A stretch of DNA of 62,741 nt, counting the filler, from Chiloscyllium plagiosum (lineage: Eukaryota): NCBI RefSeq assembly GCF_004010195.1. It is 3 parts of one record of this genome, joined end to end, with 100 filler letters (N's around TTAATTAATTAA, not from the genome) between each part and the next. Parts side by side here need not be neighbours in the genome. Positions count along the whole stretch, not along the records: positions 1 to 24,652 come from NC_057715.1; 2 more parts are not named here. One strand, written 5' to 3'. The notes beneath the pieces are model-generated. The model ran no database searches, was not told the origin of the DNA, and saw nothing but the letters and a program-made list of their open reading frames with translations. Shown here piece by piece: positions 1-13,329 of this stretch. Position numbers and translations under genes: made by a program. Every line of letters begins with the position of its first letter. The stretch's first letter is position 1.

Positions 1-1049
1 GTGGTGGAGGGTTGTTGTTCAGACTGGAGGCCTGTGACCAGTGGAGTGCCACAAGGATTGGTGCTGGGCTCTCTACTTTTTGTCATTTACATAAATGATT
101 TGGATGCGAGCATAAGAGGAACAGTTAGTAAGTTTGCAGATGACACCAAAATTGGAGGTGTAGTGGACAGCGAAGAGGGTTACCTCAGATTACAACAGGA
201 TCTGGACAAGATGAGCCAATGGGCTGAGAAGTACAGATGGAGTTTAATTCAGCTAATGCGAGGTGCTGCATTTTGGGAAAGCAAATCTTAGCAGAACTTA
301 TACACTTAATGGTAAGGTCCTAGGTCCTAGGCTGAACAAAGAGACGTTGGAGTGCAGGTTCATAGCTCCTTGAAAGTGGAGTCGCAGGTGGATAGGATAG
401 TGAAGAAGGCGTTTAGTATGCTTTCCTTTATTGTTCAGAGTATTGAGTACAGGAGTTGGGAGGTTATGTTGCGGCTGTACAGGACATTGGTTAGCCCACA
501 GTCAGAATATTGTGTGCAATTCTGGTCTCCTTCCTATCGGAAAGATGTTGTAAAATTGAAAGTGTTCAGAAAAGATTTACAAGGACGTTACCAGGGTTGG
601 AGGATTTTAGCTATATGAGAGACTGAACAGGCTGGGCTGTTTTCCCTGGAGTGTCGGATGCTGAGGGGTGACCTTATAGAGGTTTACAAAATTATGAGGG
701 GCATGGATAGGATAAATAGACAAAGACTTTTTCATGGTGTCAGGGAGTCCAGCACTAGAGGGCATGGATTTAGGGTGAGAGGGGTAAAATATAAAAGAGT
801 CCTAAGAGGCAACTTTTTCATGCAGAGGGTGGTATGTGTATGGAATGAGCTGCCAGAGGATGTGATGGAAGATGGTACAATTGCAACATTTAAGAGGCAT
901 TTGGATGGGTATATGAATAGGAAGGGTTTGGAGGGATATGGGCCGGATGCTGGCAGGTGGGACTAGATTGGGTTGGAATATCTATTCAGCATGGACGGGT
1001 TGGACCGAAGGGTCTGTTTCCATGCTGTACATCTCTATGACTCTATGAC
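1..1049 (+). mobile_element. CR1-clade (HER1-like) LINE, 3' part of ORF2 and tail, frameshifted
   Basis: ORFs 1..291, 352..618 and 658..966 give SGVPQG, KFADDTK, YCVQFWSP, LRGDLIEVYK and WNELP; ends in a (CTCTATGA)n tail. Confidence 0.95.
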
Positions 1050-2885
1050 AATGCTTCATACAGAATCTGAATTTTTGATTTAATTTGTTTCAAAATTTAA
1101 TTGTACAAGGGTAGTCAATTTTTGATTTGAAGAGAAAGAAAATAATATATCAATTGTATATTTACTTTTATTTAAGTATTAGTAAGTCAAGGACATTTTG
1201 ACGGATTCCCTTATGTGCCTCTATACATTTGCACAATGAAATTGATTCTGTGTTAGCAACTGCATGCTTTAAATATGTAATTATACAATTAAATTCTTAT
1301 AATTGGTCAGAACAAGGAATGATCTCAGATGTGTGTACAACATTCAGCATTAAGCACAGCTTCTCAGATAGTGAGTCAGTTTTGGTCTAAATTCAACAAA
1401 TTTCAGATTCTGGGTGATAAGTGGCAAGTAAGCTTTGTGTCACACAAGTGCCAGGCTATGGCCTTCTCAAACAACAGTGAGTCCAATCCTATTGTTCCTT
1501 GAAATCCAATGACATTAAGGGCACTGATTTTATTTTAAATTGGGCAAAAAGCATCGATGAAGAAGTTAGACAATTGGGACATGGACACACCTACAATGAC
1601 GCCCACGAGCTGAGATGATTGACCTCAGCACAGCTATCTTCCTTTGTGCTATGTGGTTGCTCTTATTGACATTATAATGGAGAGATGCATCTGCTGCAGG
1701 AAAGTTAGTGAGGGCAAGATCAAATAGAATTTTGTCTCACCATCTACCTCAGGTCCATTCCAGCAGCTATGTCTTGCCCTGCTTGAGGCTGGCCGTTTCT
1801 GAGATTTGGAGGCCATTGCTGGAGCCATCAGGGGTTATAGTTGAATTTTTTTTTAAAGGATTGTAGGGTAGTTGTGCAAAGACTGGAATCTGAGAGGTCG
1901 GAAGCAACAGCAGGAGTCTGGCTTTCCGCTGCCACTCTCCTGCCCCCATTACTGGTCTTGCTTTCCCCCACATTGGGGAAAAAGGATGTCCCCCTCAGTG
2001 AAGTAGGCAGGCCACTATGTTTTCCTTTTGGAAACTTGCTGTTTCTCTTGTTTACCAAAAAACAGGTAATCATGTAGCAGCAAGTTGAGGCTCTTAAGTG
2101 AATGTTAATTGACCACAGATAGGCCTTAATTACTGGCACATTGAGAAGGCCACCCATTGACATTGTCACTCAGAACTCACTTTCTGAGATTTCGAGAATG
2201 GAGTATTTCTCTGTGGTCAACCCATACAGTTATTTGTCCCTTTTAACATTTTCCTCACCACCTTCAGGGAGGGGAATATTGTGCCAAATATTTTTGTTAT
2301 TGGCAATAACCAAACAATCAGCACTGAATTTTATAGTTGAAAAACTCTAATAAATTCATTTTAAAATATAATTTATTATAAGACTGAAGGCCAAACACAA
2401 AATAATGATGTTCCTAAAGCTTCAACGCAAAAAGACAAATGGAACTCATTTAAATGAACAGTAATTTATGGAGAGAATAAACATCACATTTTAGTCTATA
2501 TCAAAGTTACAATGTGACTAGCAAAAAAACAACATCCATTCATCAAAGTACTCGTAGATTGCTAAATAGTGAGACTATTGATTTTTTTTTCAACTTCGAA
2601 TCCAGCAAGGACACAGAATGATTTGTTTTTAAAAGGAGCATACAAGTGTTGAGTATTTGAAATGTCATCTCTTTCTTCTCCTTTGGCTGTCCCTCAGCGT
2701 TGAGAATGACTCACTTCCACTCCAAAGGGGGTGTGCCTTTGACAGCAAATTGTAAAAATAATAGTGAATTAAAATGCAATAATACTGGAAGAATATACCC
2801 CAATGAAGCTATTTAATAATATGGCAATGAGTAACTTTGCAATTAATTAGTTCATAGATTTTGAAAATCTAAGCCTGTTTTGCAG

Positions 2886-2996
2886 GCTTACGTGAACAGT
2901 TTGTACACTGTGTGTACACATTTTGCACAGGAAGTATGCAGCCATGAAATAGATAAAGGTTCTTATATAGCGATCGAGGACCTGTGCTTGAGACAG
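2886..2996 (+). CDS. Candidate isolated coding exon of an unidentified host gene
   Basis: CTAAG..CCTGTTTTGCAG acceptor, then 37 stop-free codons AYVNSLYTVCTHFAQEVCSHEIDKGSYIAIEDLCLRQ with retained CpGs in AT-rich non-repeat DNA; only a GC donor (CAG/GCATGA) or a nearby TGA follows. Confidence 0.35.
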
Positions 2997-3779
2997 GCAT
3001 GAGACTGATGCATTTACTATGTACCGTAGTGGGCCTATTACCTGATTGTGGTGTCCTACCTGAAATTTCACCTTTACATACAAAATAATCTTTAAAGGAT
3101 TAGGACAAGTAAATCTGAAATGTTCTTCAATGGATTAAACTTGCGAATACAAAAATCATAAACACTGTTCACGTAACAGAGACTAAAGAGCAAGTTAGCA
3201 AGAGTCAACCAGCTTCCATCACCAATACCTTGATATGAAAAGATCAAGAATTAGAATTTAGAACTGATTAAAAATATCAATAGTAATTTCTATTGTTTCA
3301 TCCATTTCTTTAACGCTTGGTAATCCAATGAATCACATTAACCCTGACACAACAGCATTTAACAGTTGTTTTGCCAAGAAAGTGAGACATCTTTCTTTTA
3401 ACTCAACTAAGGATGAGTACTAATGAATCATAACATCAGCATTTTACTTATTTAGAAACAAAAGCACAAATCAAATACTTGTGTTAAATAATTGAGCAAA
3501 ATCACAAGCTGAACATTAACAGTAAGTATCGTGAAATGAAGTATAGGATTAAGAAAGTACCACAGTATGTATTGATATATATATCTAATTGTGCTGTGTT
3601 AAATAAGCACCAAAGAGTTGGATATTATGGACAAATGCCCATTTATTTTCATTTTGCTCTGTTTTCATGCGAACAGTATCTAATGGAGTACAGCAGGATC
3701 TCCTTGTAGTCTTCTCCTGTGACAGTGTGTGTAGCCTGAGACACCTTATACAAGACTGAGAAGGAGTTAGGAATTTGCA

Positions 3780-4027
3780 GGTGGATTCACAACCTGGCTG
3801 GTTGCATTATGAGCACACCTTTCTTGGCTATTATGTCCTCATATGGACTCAAACCTGGAGCATCAGTCTCAGAGGTAGGGATGATACTCATTACAGGGAG
3901 AAAGTGAGGACTGCAGATGCTGGAGATCAGAGCTGAAAAATGTGTTGCTGGAAAAGCGCAGCAGGTCAGGCAGCATCCAAGGAGCAGGAGAATCGACGTT
4001 TCGGGCATACTCATTACACCACTACAT
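3780..4027 (-). mobile_element. Decayed tRNA-derived SINE head, interrupted by a Penelope pLTR fragment
   Basis: Minus strand reads TGGTGTAATG (A-box-like) ... GGTTTGAGTCC (B-box-like) once 3896-4006 is removed. Confidence 0.5.
3896..4006 (-). mobile_element. Penelope pLTR-derived mini-insertion, truncated inside the hammerhead
   Basis: GAGAAAGTGAGGACTGCAGATGCTGG family, also at 24516, 26145, 31288 and 60319; 12-bp TSD ATACTCATTACA at 3884-3895 and 4007-4018. Confidence 0.85.
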
Positions 4028-5287
4028 CGATTGTAGCATGCAGGAATTGGAATCAAGTGGAGGGCGCTACTCCTCAGTCCAACATAATCAAATCATCTTC
4101 AAATACTCCTTATCCAGGATCAAAGATGAACTGTATACAATTAGTTGAAGAATCAAAGTATAGTCAGTGCTTGACACCAGAGTCAGAATAGGAGAATTTT
4201 AAAACAAAACCTTCAAAATGCAAAACAATGATTCCCTGTTTGTATTTGCCTCTTCCTGTTCTTATTTTAGTAGAAAAGTTGGCAATGCTGAGGGTATCAG
4301 TGGAAATCAGGATGAAACACCAAGTTAGAATGATAAGGAAGTGAATTTGTAGTACTAGATTGCATTGGACAGTTCATGCATATTGCTATAATTGGTGTCT
4401 TTGAGAAATCACATATTGTTTACACACTCCTTTTTATCAGCCAGGCAACCAAACAAGATTCCACTTGATCAAGCATAACTATTTTGTGACCACAGGAAAC
4501 ACTTTGTGTAGTTCTAATAGTGCTAACTATCACTTTTCGGCCTGAAACAAGCTCTTTCATTCAAACAGCTAACTAAGTTACAGGTGGCCTTGTGGTTGAC
4601 AAGAGATATTCTCATTTGACCTAGGTCATGACTCCTGTCGCAAAGTCATATTCGACTGTAGATTAACATCTACAATGAGAGTTTTGCTGCTATAGGAACA
4701 TGAACCACCTATTAAGCAAATATCTAGACCCGACCTTCTGTGCCTCAAGCTCTACAACATTGTCATCACAAGGGATTAGTCCTTGTATCTGGTCACCACC
4801 AGGAAACTAAGGAATATTGGCAGAAGAGTAGGAAGAAGAACAGAAGGAGTAAGGGTCAGCAAGTACCCAGCATCATTATCTGTCCAAGGTTTCAAAAACA
4901 GGTTCAGTACATAATACTTCTCATTCCCCATTCATCAACAATTCAAGTTCATTAATCCCTTCCTCCAATCACAATCCAATTGTTTTTCTTCACTCCAGCA
5001 TAATGGGATGAATCTTATTTTTTGGCTAAGTGTCAAATATTTTAGAGGGTTTCTTGCCATGAGGCCCTGAGCATTTTCTCACAGTATCTTACCTAACCCA
5101 TCTCAGTAATTACTTGCCTTATCTCTCTAATGTCTCTTGGGTTTGTTTTCTGCCCTATCTTATCACTGCAATTCTAAAACAACCCACTTATGTCTTCTCT
5201 AATACCTACCTGTCTAACATTCCATGAGAAAAACAATACGCACCAGGACAGAATGTCCAAGACAGATGGTGGGCAGCCTGTCAGTCA

Positions 5288-5990
5288 CATAGAACATAGA
5301 ACATCACAGTGCAGTACAGGCTCTTTGCCTCTCGATGTTATGCTGACCTATGGAACCAATCTGAAGCCCATCTATCCTACACTATTCTATTTTCATTCAT
5401 ATGTTTATCCAACAGCCATTTAAATGCCCTTAAAGTTGGCGAGTCGATTACTGTTGCAGGCAGTGCATTCAATGCCCCACTACTCTCTGAGTAAAGAAAC
5501 TACCTCTGACATCTGTCTTATATCTATCACCCCTCAACTTAAAGCTATGTCCCTTTATACTAGCTATCATCATCTGAGGAAAAAGGCTCTCACTATCCAT
5601 CCTATCTAACCCTCTGATTATCTTATATGTCTATTAAGTCACCTCTAAACCTTCTTCTCTCTAACGAAAACAGACTCAGCCTCTCCTCGTAAGATTTTCC
5701 CTCCAACATCCTAGTAAAGCTCCTCTGAACCCTTTCCAAAGCTTCCACATCCTTCCTATAATGCAGTGACCAGAACTGTCCGCTATACTCCCAAGTGTGA
5801 CCACACCAGAGTTTTGTACAGCTGCAGCATGACCTCGTGGCTCTGAAACTCAATCCCTCTACTAATAGAAGCTAACATACAGTAGGCCTTCTTAACAACC
5901 ATCTCAACCTGGGTGGCAACGTTCAAGGATCTATGTACATGGACACTGAGATCTCTATGCTCGTCTACACTACCAAGTATCTTACCATTC
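5288..5990 (-). mobile_element. CR1 LINE 3' fragment
   Basis: (CATAGAA)n tail; ORFs with QFWSLHYRKDVEALERVQR and KKAYCMLASISRGIEF. Confidence 0.9.
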
Positions 5991-6019
5991 AGCTCCTTTT
6001 CCCTTATGGGGAGAGGATC

Positions 6020-7100
6020 CTGAGTCTGAGTGCCCCAGGCAGTCCCTAAGTTAATATCAGACTGTGAACAGGTAGAGCAACTCAAGACTGCACTCCCATG
6101 AGGGTTGTGGGCCATCAACAGCAACAGAACTATATTCTAGCACAATCTGCAACCTCATGACCCAGCATACCCCCCACTCAACCATCACCATCCAACTAGG
6201 GGATCCACCCTGATTCAATGAGAGTGCAGGAGGAAAAGCCAGGAGCAGCACCAGGCAGACCTAAAAACAAAGTGTCAAATGAGTGAAGCTATCAAACATA
6301 ACTACTTGCATATCAAACAGCATAAGCAGCAAGTGATAGGCAGAGCAAACCAATTAGTGTACGGCCAAGGCCCTCAGCTCCTGACCTCATTACTGCCTTG
6401 GTTCAAACATGGACAAAAGAGCTGAATTCCAGAGGTGAGGTGAGAGTGACAGCCTTTCATACCAAGGCCACATTTGATCAGGTATGGCATCAAAGATGCC
6501 CTAGCAAAACTGGAATCAATGAGAATCAGAGGTCAAACATTCTGCTGGTTGGAGTTATACCTAGCATATTCGAAGTTTGTTGTAGTTGTTGGAGGTTAGT
6601 CATCTCAGCTCCCAGACATCACTGCAGAAGTTCCTCTGGTCCATTGTCTTTAGCTGTTTCCTCAATGATCTTCCCTCCAGCATACGTTTAGAAGTGGCGC
6701 TGTTTGCTAATGATTTCACAATTTTCAGCATGATTTGTAACTCCTCAGACACTGAAGTTATCCATCTTCAAATGCAACAAGACCTGGGCAACATTCAGGT
6801 TTGAACTGACAAGACCTGGGCAACATTCAGGTTTGAACTGACAAGACCTGGGCAACATTCACACCACACAAATGCCAGGAAATGACCATATCTAATAAGA
6901 AACAATCTGACCACACCCCCCTCCCTTGACATTCAATAGTGCTACCACTCTTAAATTTCCCACTATCATCTTGGGATTACTATTGACCAGAAACTCAATT
7001 GAACTCACCATATAAATATAATGGCCAGAAGAGCCAGTCAGAGACTAGGAACACTGCAGTGATAATTCACCACTTGACACTTCAAAATCTGTCCACCCTG
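6020..7100 (+). mobile_element. Older CR1/L2-group LINE RT fragment (second LINE family)
   Basis: VQTWTKELNSRGEVRVTAFHTKATFDQVWHQ and FLNDLPS..LFAND motifs; homologous copy at 29560-31155. Confidence 0.85.
6777..6861. repeat. 32-bp tandem repeat, about 2.7 copies, inside the LINE
   Basis: ACAAGACCTGGGCAACATTCAGGTTTGAACTG repeated perfectly. Confidence 0.95.
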
Positions 7101-7417
7101 AAAGAACCCAGGGACAGTGAAGGCTTTAGTAAAGCTGTTTGTGAAAGGCCTGCATATGTGCCCATGAATAGGTACTGAAGGAGAAGGGTAAGCTCACAAG
7201 AATGGAAGTGTTCTGCGGCAGGGGAAGATAACCCACATGGAAAATGTTCTATTGTTAGCAGTTTCTCCACACTCTGATCTTGTGAGAAGACCTGAATTGA
7301 CTAGAAGATGTCAGAACATCATTGTTGGTAGTGTTAGGTAGTATCAGGGGTCAAAAGTACCCTTGGGCATGTTGGACTTTGGCTCAATCTACCAATTTAA
7401 ATTTACTTTCTTTTATA

Positions 7418-7952
7418 TGTGAGCCAAGTCCTGCGTGTTCTTTTAAATGAAGCAATAGGAGAAGATATTCGGTCTCACACTCTTAATTTATTTTACACAG
7501 TAAGTGAACAAAGCATTCAGAGCTCTGGGTCTAAACCTCTTTGTCCCTGACAAACTACAAAGTGTGTCAGTTCAAAAAGTAAGACCTCATTTTATCCCTG
7601 CCCCAGTCTTTTATACAATAAAAAACGTCATATAAACACTGAGGTAGAATTATCTTCTGATTGGGGGTTGGTCTGACTCCATTCCCCGCCTCCTCCCATT
7701 CCTAGCTGTCCGACCCCACGTGACCTTCTTTTGCCCGCGAAATGGAGCATCACGTGACCTCCTCAACCCACTTCCGAGGCGCGAAACGGAACATCATGTG
7801 ATCGCCCGCCCTCTTCCGGGGCGCGAAACGGGACGTCACGTGAACGCCCCGCGCTCTTCCGGGGCGCGAAACGGGATGCCACGTGACCGCCCCGCACTCT
7901 TCTGGGTGCGAGACGGGGACGTCACGTGACCATCCCCCCTGCTTGGGTTACA
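7418..7952 (-). mobile_element. Solo LTR with CpG-rich tandem enhancer array
   Basis: Minus strand runs TGTAACCC...GGCTCACA (TG..CA, imperfect 8-bp TIR), with repeat array, GC box, CCAAT (7660-7664), TATAAAA (7609-7615) and AATAAA (7487-7492) in U3-R-U5 order; no TSD seen. Confidence 0.7.
7717..7930. promoter_or_regulatory. About 43-bp tandem array of E-box (CACGTG), ETS-like (CTTCCG) and E2F-like (GCGCGAAA) motifs
   Basis: Five CACGTG plus one CATGTG and three GCGCGAAA in about 5 units; the only strongly CpG-dense patch in the window. Confidence 0.6.
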
Positions 7953-8149
7953 GAGTCACCACAGGGTTTTGAGTGCTGAATCCATCCAGAGTCACAGCCA
8001 GCCTTCTGTTTTTTAAGTAAGGCATATATTTACAGGCACTATTGATAGATCAGTGTAGCTGAGAATGGTGGCAAATGAAGCTCATAACCATCATTTTCTT
8101 GGTGCATCTGATGAATATTGAAGCTCCATGAAAGGCAGGAGCAGTTTCA

Positions 8150-9320
8150 TTTTGAAAACAGGGCATCTCGAAAGAAATTGTCCCATAGTACAGATGCAGC
8201 ATGGGTTCATGAAGGGCAGGTCATGTTTCACAAATCTTTTGGAATTCTATGAAGACATTTCAAGCAAGGTGGACAATGGGGACCCAGTGGATGTGGTGTA
8301 CCTAGATTTCCAAAAGGTGTTTGACAAGGTGCTGCACATGAGGCTGCTGCATAAAATAAGGATGCATGGTGTTAGGAGTAGAGTATTAGTGTGGATTGAG
8401 GATTGGTTGACTGACAGGAAGCAAAGAGTGGGGATAAATGAGTGCTGTTCTGGTTGGCAACCCGTGACTAGTGGAGTCCCTCAGGGATCAGTGTTGGGAC
8501 CACAATAATTTCAATTTATATGGATGATTTGGAGTTGAGGACCATGTGTATGGTGTCAAAATTTGCTGATGATACTAAGATGACTAACAGAGCAAAGTGT
8601 GCAGAGGAGTGTGAAAGTTTGCAAGGAAAACAGATATATTGAATGAGTGAGCAAAGGTCTGGCAGATGGAATGCAATGTTAATAAATGTGAAGTCATACA
8701 TTTTGGTAGGATTAATAGCAAAATAGATTATTAGTTGAATGTAAAAAGTTGCAGCAAGCTGCAATGCAGAGGGACATGGGTGTCCTTGTGCATGAATCAC
8801 AGAAGGTTGGTCTGTAGGTACAACAGGTAATTAAGAAGGCAAATGGAATTTGGTCCTTCATTGCTAAAGAAGTTGAGTTTAAAAGCAGAGAAGTAATGTT
8901 ACAGCTGTACAAGGTGCTGGCGAGGCCACACCTGGAGTACTGTGTGCAGTTTTGGTCTCCCTACTTGAGAAAGCTTTACTGGCACTGGAGGGGGTGCAGA
9001 GGAGGTTCACTAGGTTAATTCCGGAGTTGAGGGGGTTGACTTATGAGGAGAGGATAGGTAGATTGGGATTATATTCATTGAAATTCAGAAAAATGAGGGG
9101 GGATCTTATTGCAACATATAAAATTATGAAGAGAATTGATAAAATAGAAATAGATAGAATGTTTCCACTGGTGGGTGAAATTAGGACAAGAGGGCATGGC
9201 CTCAAGATTAGAGGAAGAAGGTTTAGAACTGAACTGAGAAGGAACGACTTCACCCAAAGTGTTGTTATCTATGAAATTCCTTGCCTAGGGAAGTAGTTGA
9301 TGCAACTTCAGTGTAGGTGT
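8150..9320 (+). mobile_element. CR1 LINE RT fragment
   Basis: QHGFMKGRSCFTNLLEF, YLDFQKVFDKV, SGVPQGSVLGP, GVQRRFTRLIP. Confidence 0.95.
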
Positions 9321-9329
9321 TGATATTCG

Positions 9330-9847
9330 GGTTTGGAAATTCAATAAATGCAGACTTGATGGAAGCAACTGGATGACCAGGATGTGAGCAGTCATTCAGG
9401 AAGTCCATGCAGAATGGCTTTGAGAGAATTTGAAGGGAAGAACTTTGGAATAAAAGAGTTGGAATGCCTTGAAAAGGAGATAAAATATTTAAATGAGATT
9501 TTGTGACTTTTCTACTGTTTGTGTGGATTGCAGAAAATTCCATGCATTCTGTCATGATCTCAATTGTAATTTGATGTGCTTTATGGGGTGTTCAACCATA
9601 GTTTATCTGTTAACTCATATTTCCCTCTTGTTAACACTGTTAGAGAATAGTTAAATATATATAGTAGATTATTTTACTTTTCTAACCTTGTACAATAAAC
9701 TTCTGCTTATTTGTGCAAAACAATGGAATTATGTAACTGGATCTCAAACTTCATGGATCTCAAATTTCTTCTAATTTGAACAAAATAAAGTTACTTGCCT
9801 CTGACCAGGTTGTAAGTTAATTTGGTTATTTCTTTAGAGCTGTTAAC
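9330..9847 (+). mobile_element. Probable decayed LTR 3' half
   Basis: AATAAA followed by U5-like sequence ending in ..GTTAACA; recognition by style only. Confidence 0.3.
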
Positions 9848-10819
9848 ACCCTAAATGATGAGCTTGCATAAGTACCAATGTTTGAAGACAGGAGGAATAG
9901 TGCAGATATTTAATGCAATTATTACAAGAATAAAGCATAATTGGCCCAGCCAAGTTTCATTCTGAAGAAAAAAGATTGTAAACAACTTTTAGCTCCCTCC
10001 TACTTCTTTGCCATCATCAAATAAATTAGTGCCTGTCCTTTGCCATTGTGCTGAAGGTTCTTAAGTCTTTGAATGCTTGATTGCCACAACAGAAACTCCA
10101 AATGATTTAAAAGATCAAAAAGATCAAAAGATTGGAATGTAGATTATAAAGAAATGCCTCATACCGTGGATGTCTGGAACTTGTCAGACTGGATCTCTGA
10201 CACCCCCCACTCTGTGAGCGGAAATTCCTCCAACTGAATATTGGGAAGACCAAAATTATTATCTTTGCTCCTCACCACAAACCTAGCTCATTAGCCACTA
10301 ATTCTATTCATCTCACCGGTACCTTTCTAAGGCTGAAAAAGACTGATAACCACGTTGCTATCTTGTTTGACTTCCTCCAGCCACATAACCATGGAATCAG
10401 AAAGACAATGTCCATTCATCTCCATGAAAAAAACATCTGATTATACACTGTCTCAGCTCATGTACTACTAAAGATCTTATTAATGCTTTTGTAATGGAAA
10501 CTTTTCGCCGTCTGAGCAATGTGTGCTATGGTGAAATTTGTTTCAGAATTGAGTGAGAAATCTAGTGATACCTATTTTGACATCAGAAGAAACTCACTGC
10601 ATCTTTTGAGCATCTACTGGGTGTTGAGGTGATTGTTTTACAAGGCAGCAATGAGTTGCCAATTGAAGTGGATGATTTTTTGAGTCTTCATATCTTACCA
10701 AACATTCTGAGCAAGCTGGATACTGAGAATTCTTGACAAGGAAGTCAGAGCATTTGGTGATTTCAGCTTCACTATTGGCTGCAAAGAGCTCTTCCATTAC
10801 CCAGCACAAAGTAGCATTC

Positions 10820-12200
10820 ATGGCTCAATCCATGGGCACTAGCCACATGCACCCCCTCTCATGCACAGACATTGGCATCTGATACTTGCTAACCTCCAAC
10901 AACCCAAAGCACCACTCTATTCCACTTGCAGGATGCCTAGAAAGCACAGAGCTGCATTGTGGGGCACACCAGCAGCTAGTATGGAAAGGTTACAACAAGG
11001 ACACATTCCATGCAGGGACACTTATCAATCTGTCGGGATGGTAACAGGCTGCATCTGCAGGCAGCTCACTCATTCATAGCACTAACTCACTTAATAACTA
11101 CATGCTCACAGCATTCATGCTTAGCCTTGTCTTGTCGTGCCAATCTGGGCAGTAACACAACCAGGCAGCTTCCTTTTCTGATCAACTCTCCTCAGTGGAG
11201 GGGCGCACATCTTATTATATGACAGTTTGTGATGTAAATCTCACGCCTGCATCATGTTCCAGTGCCCCATTTCACAATAATGAAACAAACGCACTGCATG
11301 TACAACAAGCAAGCAGCCACATCTGATAGACTTAGGGAAATGGTCCACAGTAAAATCTATGGAGGCATAGTCAGTGAGGAACTCACAGTAACTGAAGGAC
11401 AGGCTCTGAGACCAGTCCATGCATTTTGCCAATGGTCAGGATCATGCCGATTGGGCTATAAATGGTCAGGAGTTATGTCTTTGCCATCCAGGCCAGGGGC
11501 TCCATGGCAATCCATCCAGAATTTAAGGCTAATGTAATTGGGGAGATGTAACAGGCATCAGTCAAGAGGGTGGGCACCTTGTCCTGTGCTGTCCATTTAG
11601 GCCCTTCAAGGGGTGGAAACAGTCCATCTGTCAGGTCCATCAAGAAAAAAAAACTATTGGAAAAGGAGATAGGGAGGACAGATGAGAGAGTCTGATGTAG
11701 AAGAAAGGAGTCTCAGGAATCTATCCATGGGAATTGAGGGGGTGGGGGGAGTGGTGCAGGTGGTGGTGGGGGATCTGGTTGTGACCTCAGATCAGGCTAC
11801 CAGGGTCATGGCTACCTCTGCCTGTTCTCTGGAAAAGGACACTCTTCCTCTGTACCACCGTTCAGAATGTTTAGATCTCTGTCAGAGAATCACGGCACTA
11901 TCTTTCTTGTCTCCAACACCTCCTGATGAATGTCTGTTATTGAACAGAACAACTTCAGAATGTCAGTGCTCATCTGAGTGCATAACAGCCTTTTAAATAC
12001 GGCACAGGTAGCAGGGAAGCTAGTCTTCTGGTGGATATCTGTTGACTAGTGAGTTGTTCTAGTAACACCGTGCAGTAGGATGGGGATAGGAGTGGATAAG
12101 AGGTAGGTAGATAATGTGGCATGTTTGGGTAAGATATGGTGAGAAACCACACTGGGCCTTGCGGTGAAAAACACTCTAAAAAAACTCAATACAATTCACT
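10820..12200 (-). mobile_element. Decayed PIF/Harbinger-like element with Myb/SANT ORF remnant
   Basis: Minus strand at about 11780-11900 reads VP*FSDRDLNIL / VVQRKSVLF / TLVA*SEV across frameshifts, like Harbinger Myb/SANT proteins (PRFSD..L..L...V..R..LF...AW.EV). Confidence 0.45.
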
Positions 12201-13329
12201 CTTAGCCAACCAAAGCTTATGACTCATCCTCTGGTTTTTAATCTGAATTTTTAAATATCAGCATGGCGTTCTTCAGTTTCAAATTTATGTCCCGGTTTTT
12301 GCTCACAGTTTCAATGATGTCTTAATGTTCCAGAACATTTCATCAACGGAAATATTTGATAAGTTTCCTTATTACACCAAGAGCATAAAATCCAACAGAA
12401 ATTTTGTGTGGATTTTATTTTTTGGATCATTCCCACTGTCTTGTCGGTCATGCTCATGATACATCTTTTTAGAATGGATAAAAGGATTTAAAACATGTGT
12501 GGAAAAGATTTATACTGTCATATGGATGGATGAAATTAGAAATAAATTATTTTCTATCTTACAACAGGGAAGGGTTAATATTACACACAAAAATAGAAAC
12601 ATACTACAGAAAGAATTTTAGCCAGGAAAGTCCAAGTTTTCTTTTGAAATTGGGCTATTTGTGAAGGAATTTTTAAGATGTCTTTTGCAAATGGATTTCA
12701 ATTAAAAGTAGGCAATAGATGTGATGTAAAGCTAAAGGAGTATTATTTTAAAGCATTAACAAATTATAATATTCCTATGAAGGACAAAGATATTATCAAG
12801 TTTACAGCTGGAAGAGTTGCTCCATAAATGAATTGCTAACTAAATTTTAATGGTATACGCCATTAAGTTGAAAGTCATGCTGTACATTAATTTAAAATTA
12901 TGGAGCAGAATACTTGCATCTGTCAGCTCATAAAAATGTCTTGGAGGTTTTGAACAGATGCTATTCAGACAAGATGACACAGTTTAACTACTTGCATGTA
13001 TTATTCGATCCTGGTTGAAGATCTTTTTCCTGAAGGAAATGAAACCATGAGGAAAGAAGTAGTTCTCTGATTGCTATGATTTGATAATCCTATAACGTTA
13101 GCAGGATAACAGGAAAAATGAGCGCTGGTCCATTAGGGAGTGAGTGTGAGGAATTAATAAATGGAAAATAGAGAAGCTGAACAGATATTTTCCATCTGTC
13201 TTCATTATATAAGATGAAAATAATTACTGAACCTTACGTGTGTAAATTAATGCCTGTGTGAATTACGTTCAGTTTTTTGGAGCGTTTCTTGCTTCAGCGC
13301 CTAATGAGTTTTCTCACCATATTTTACAA

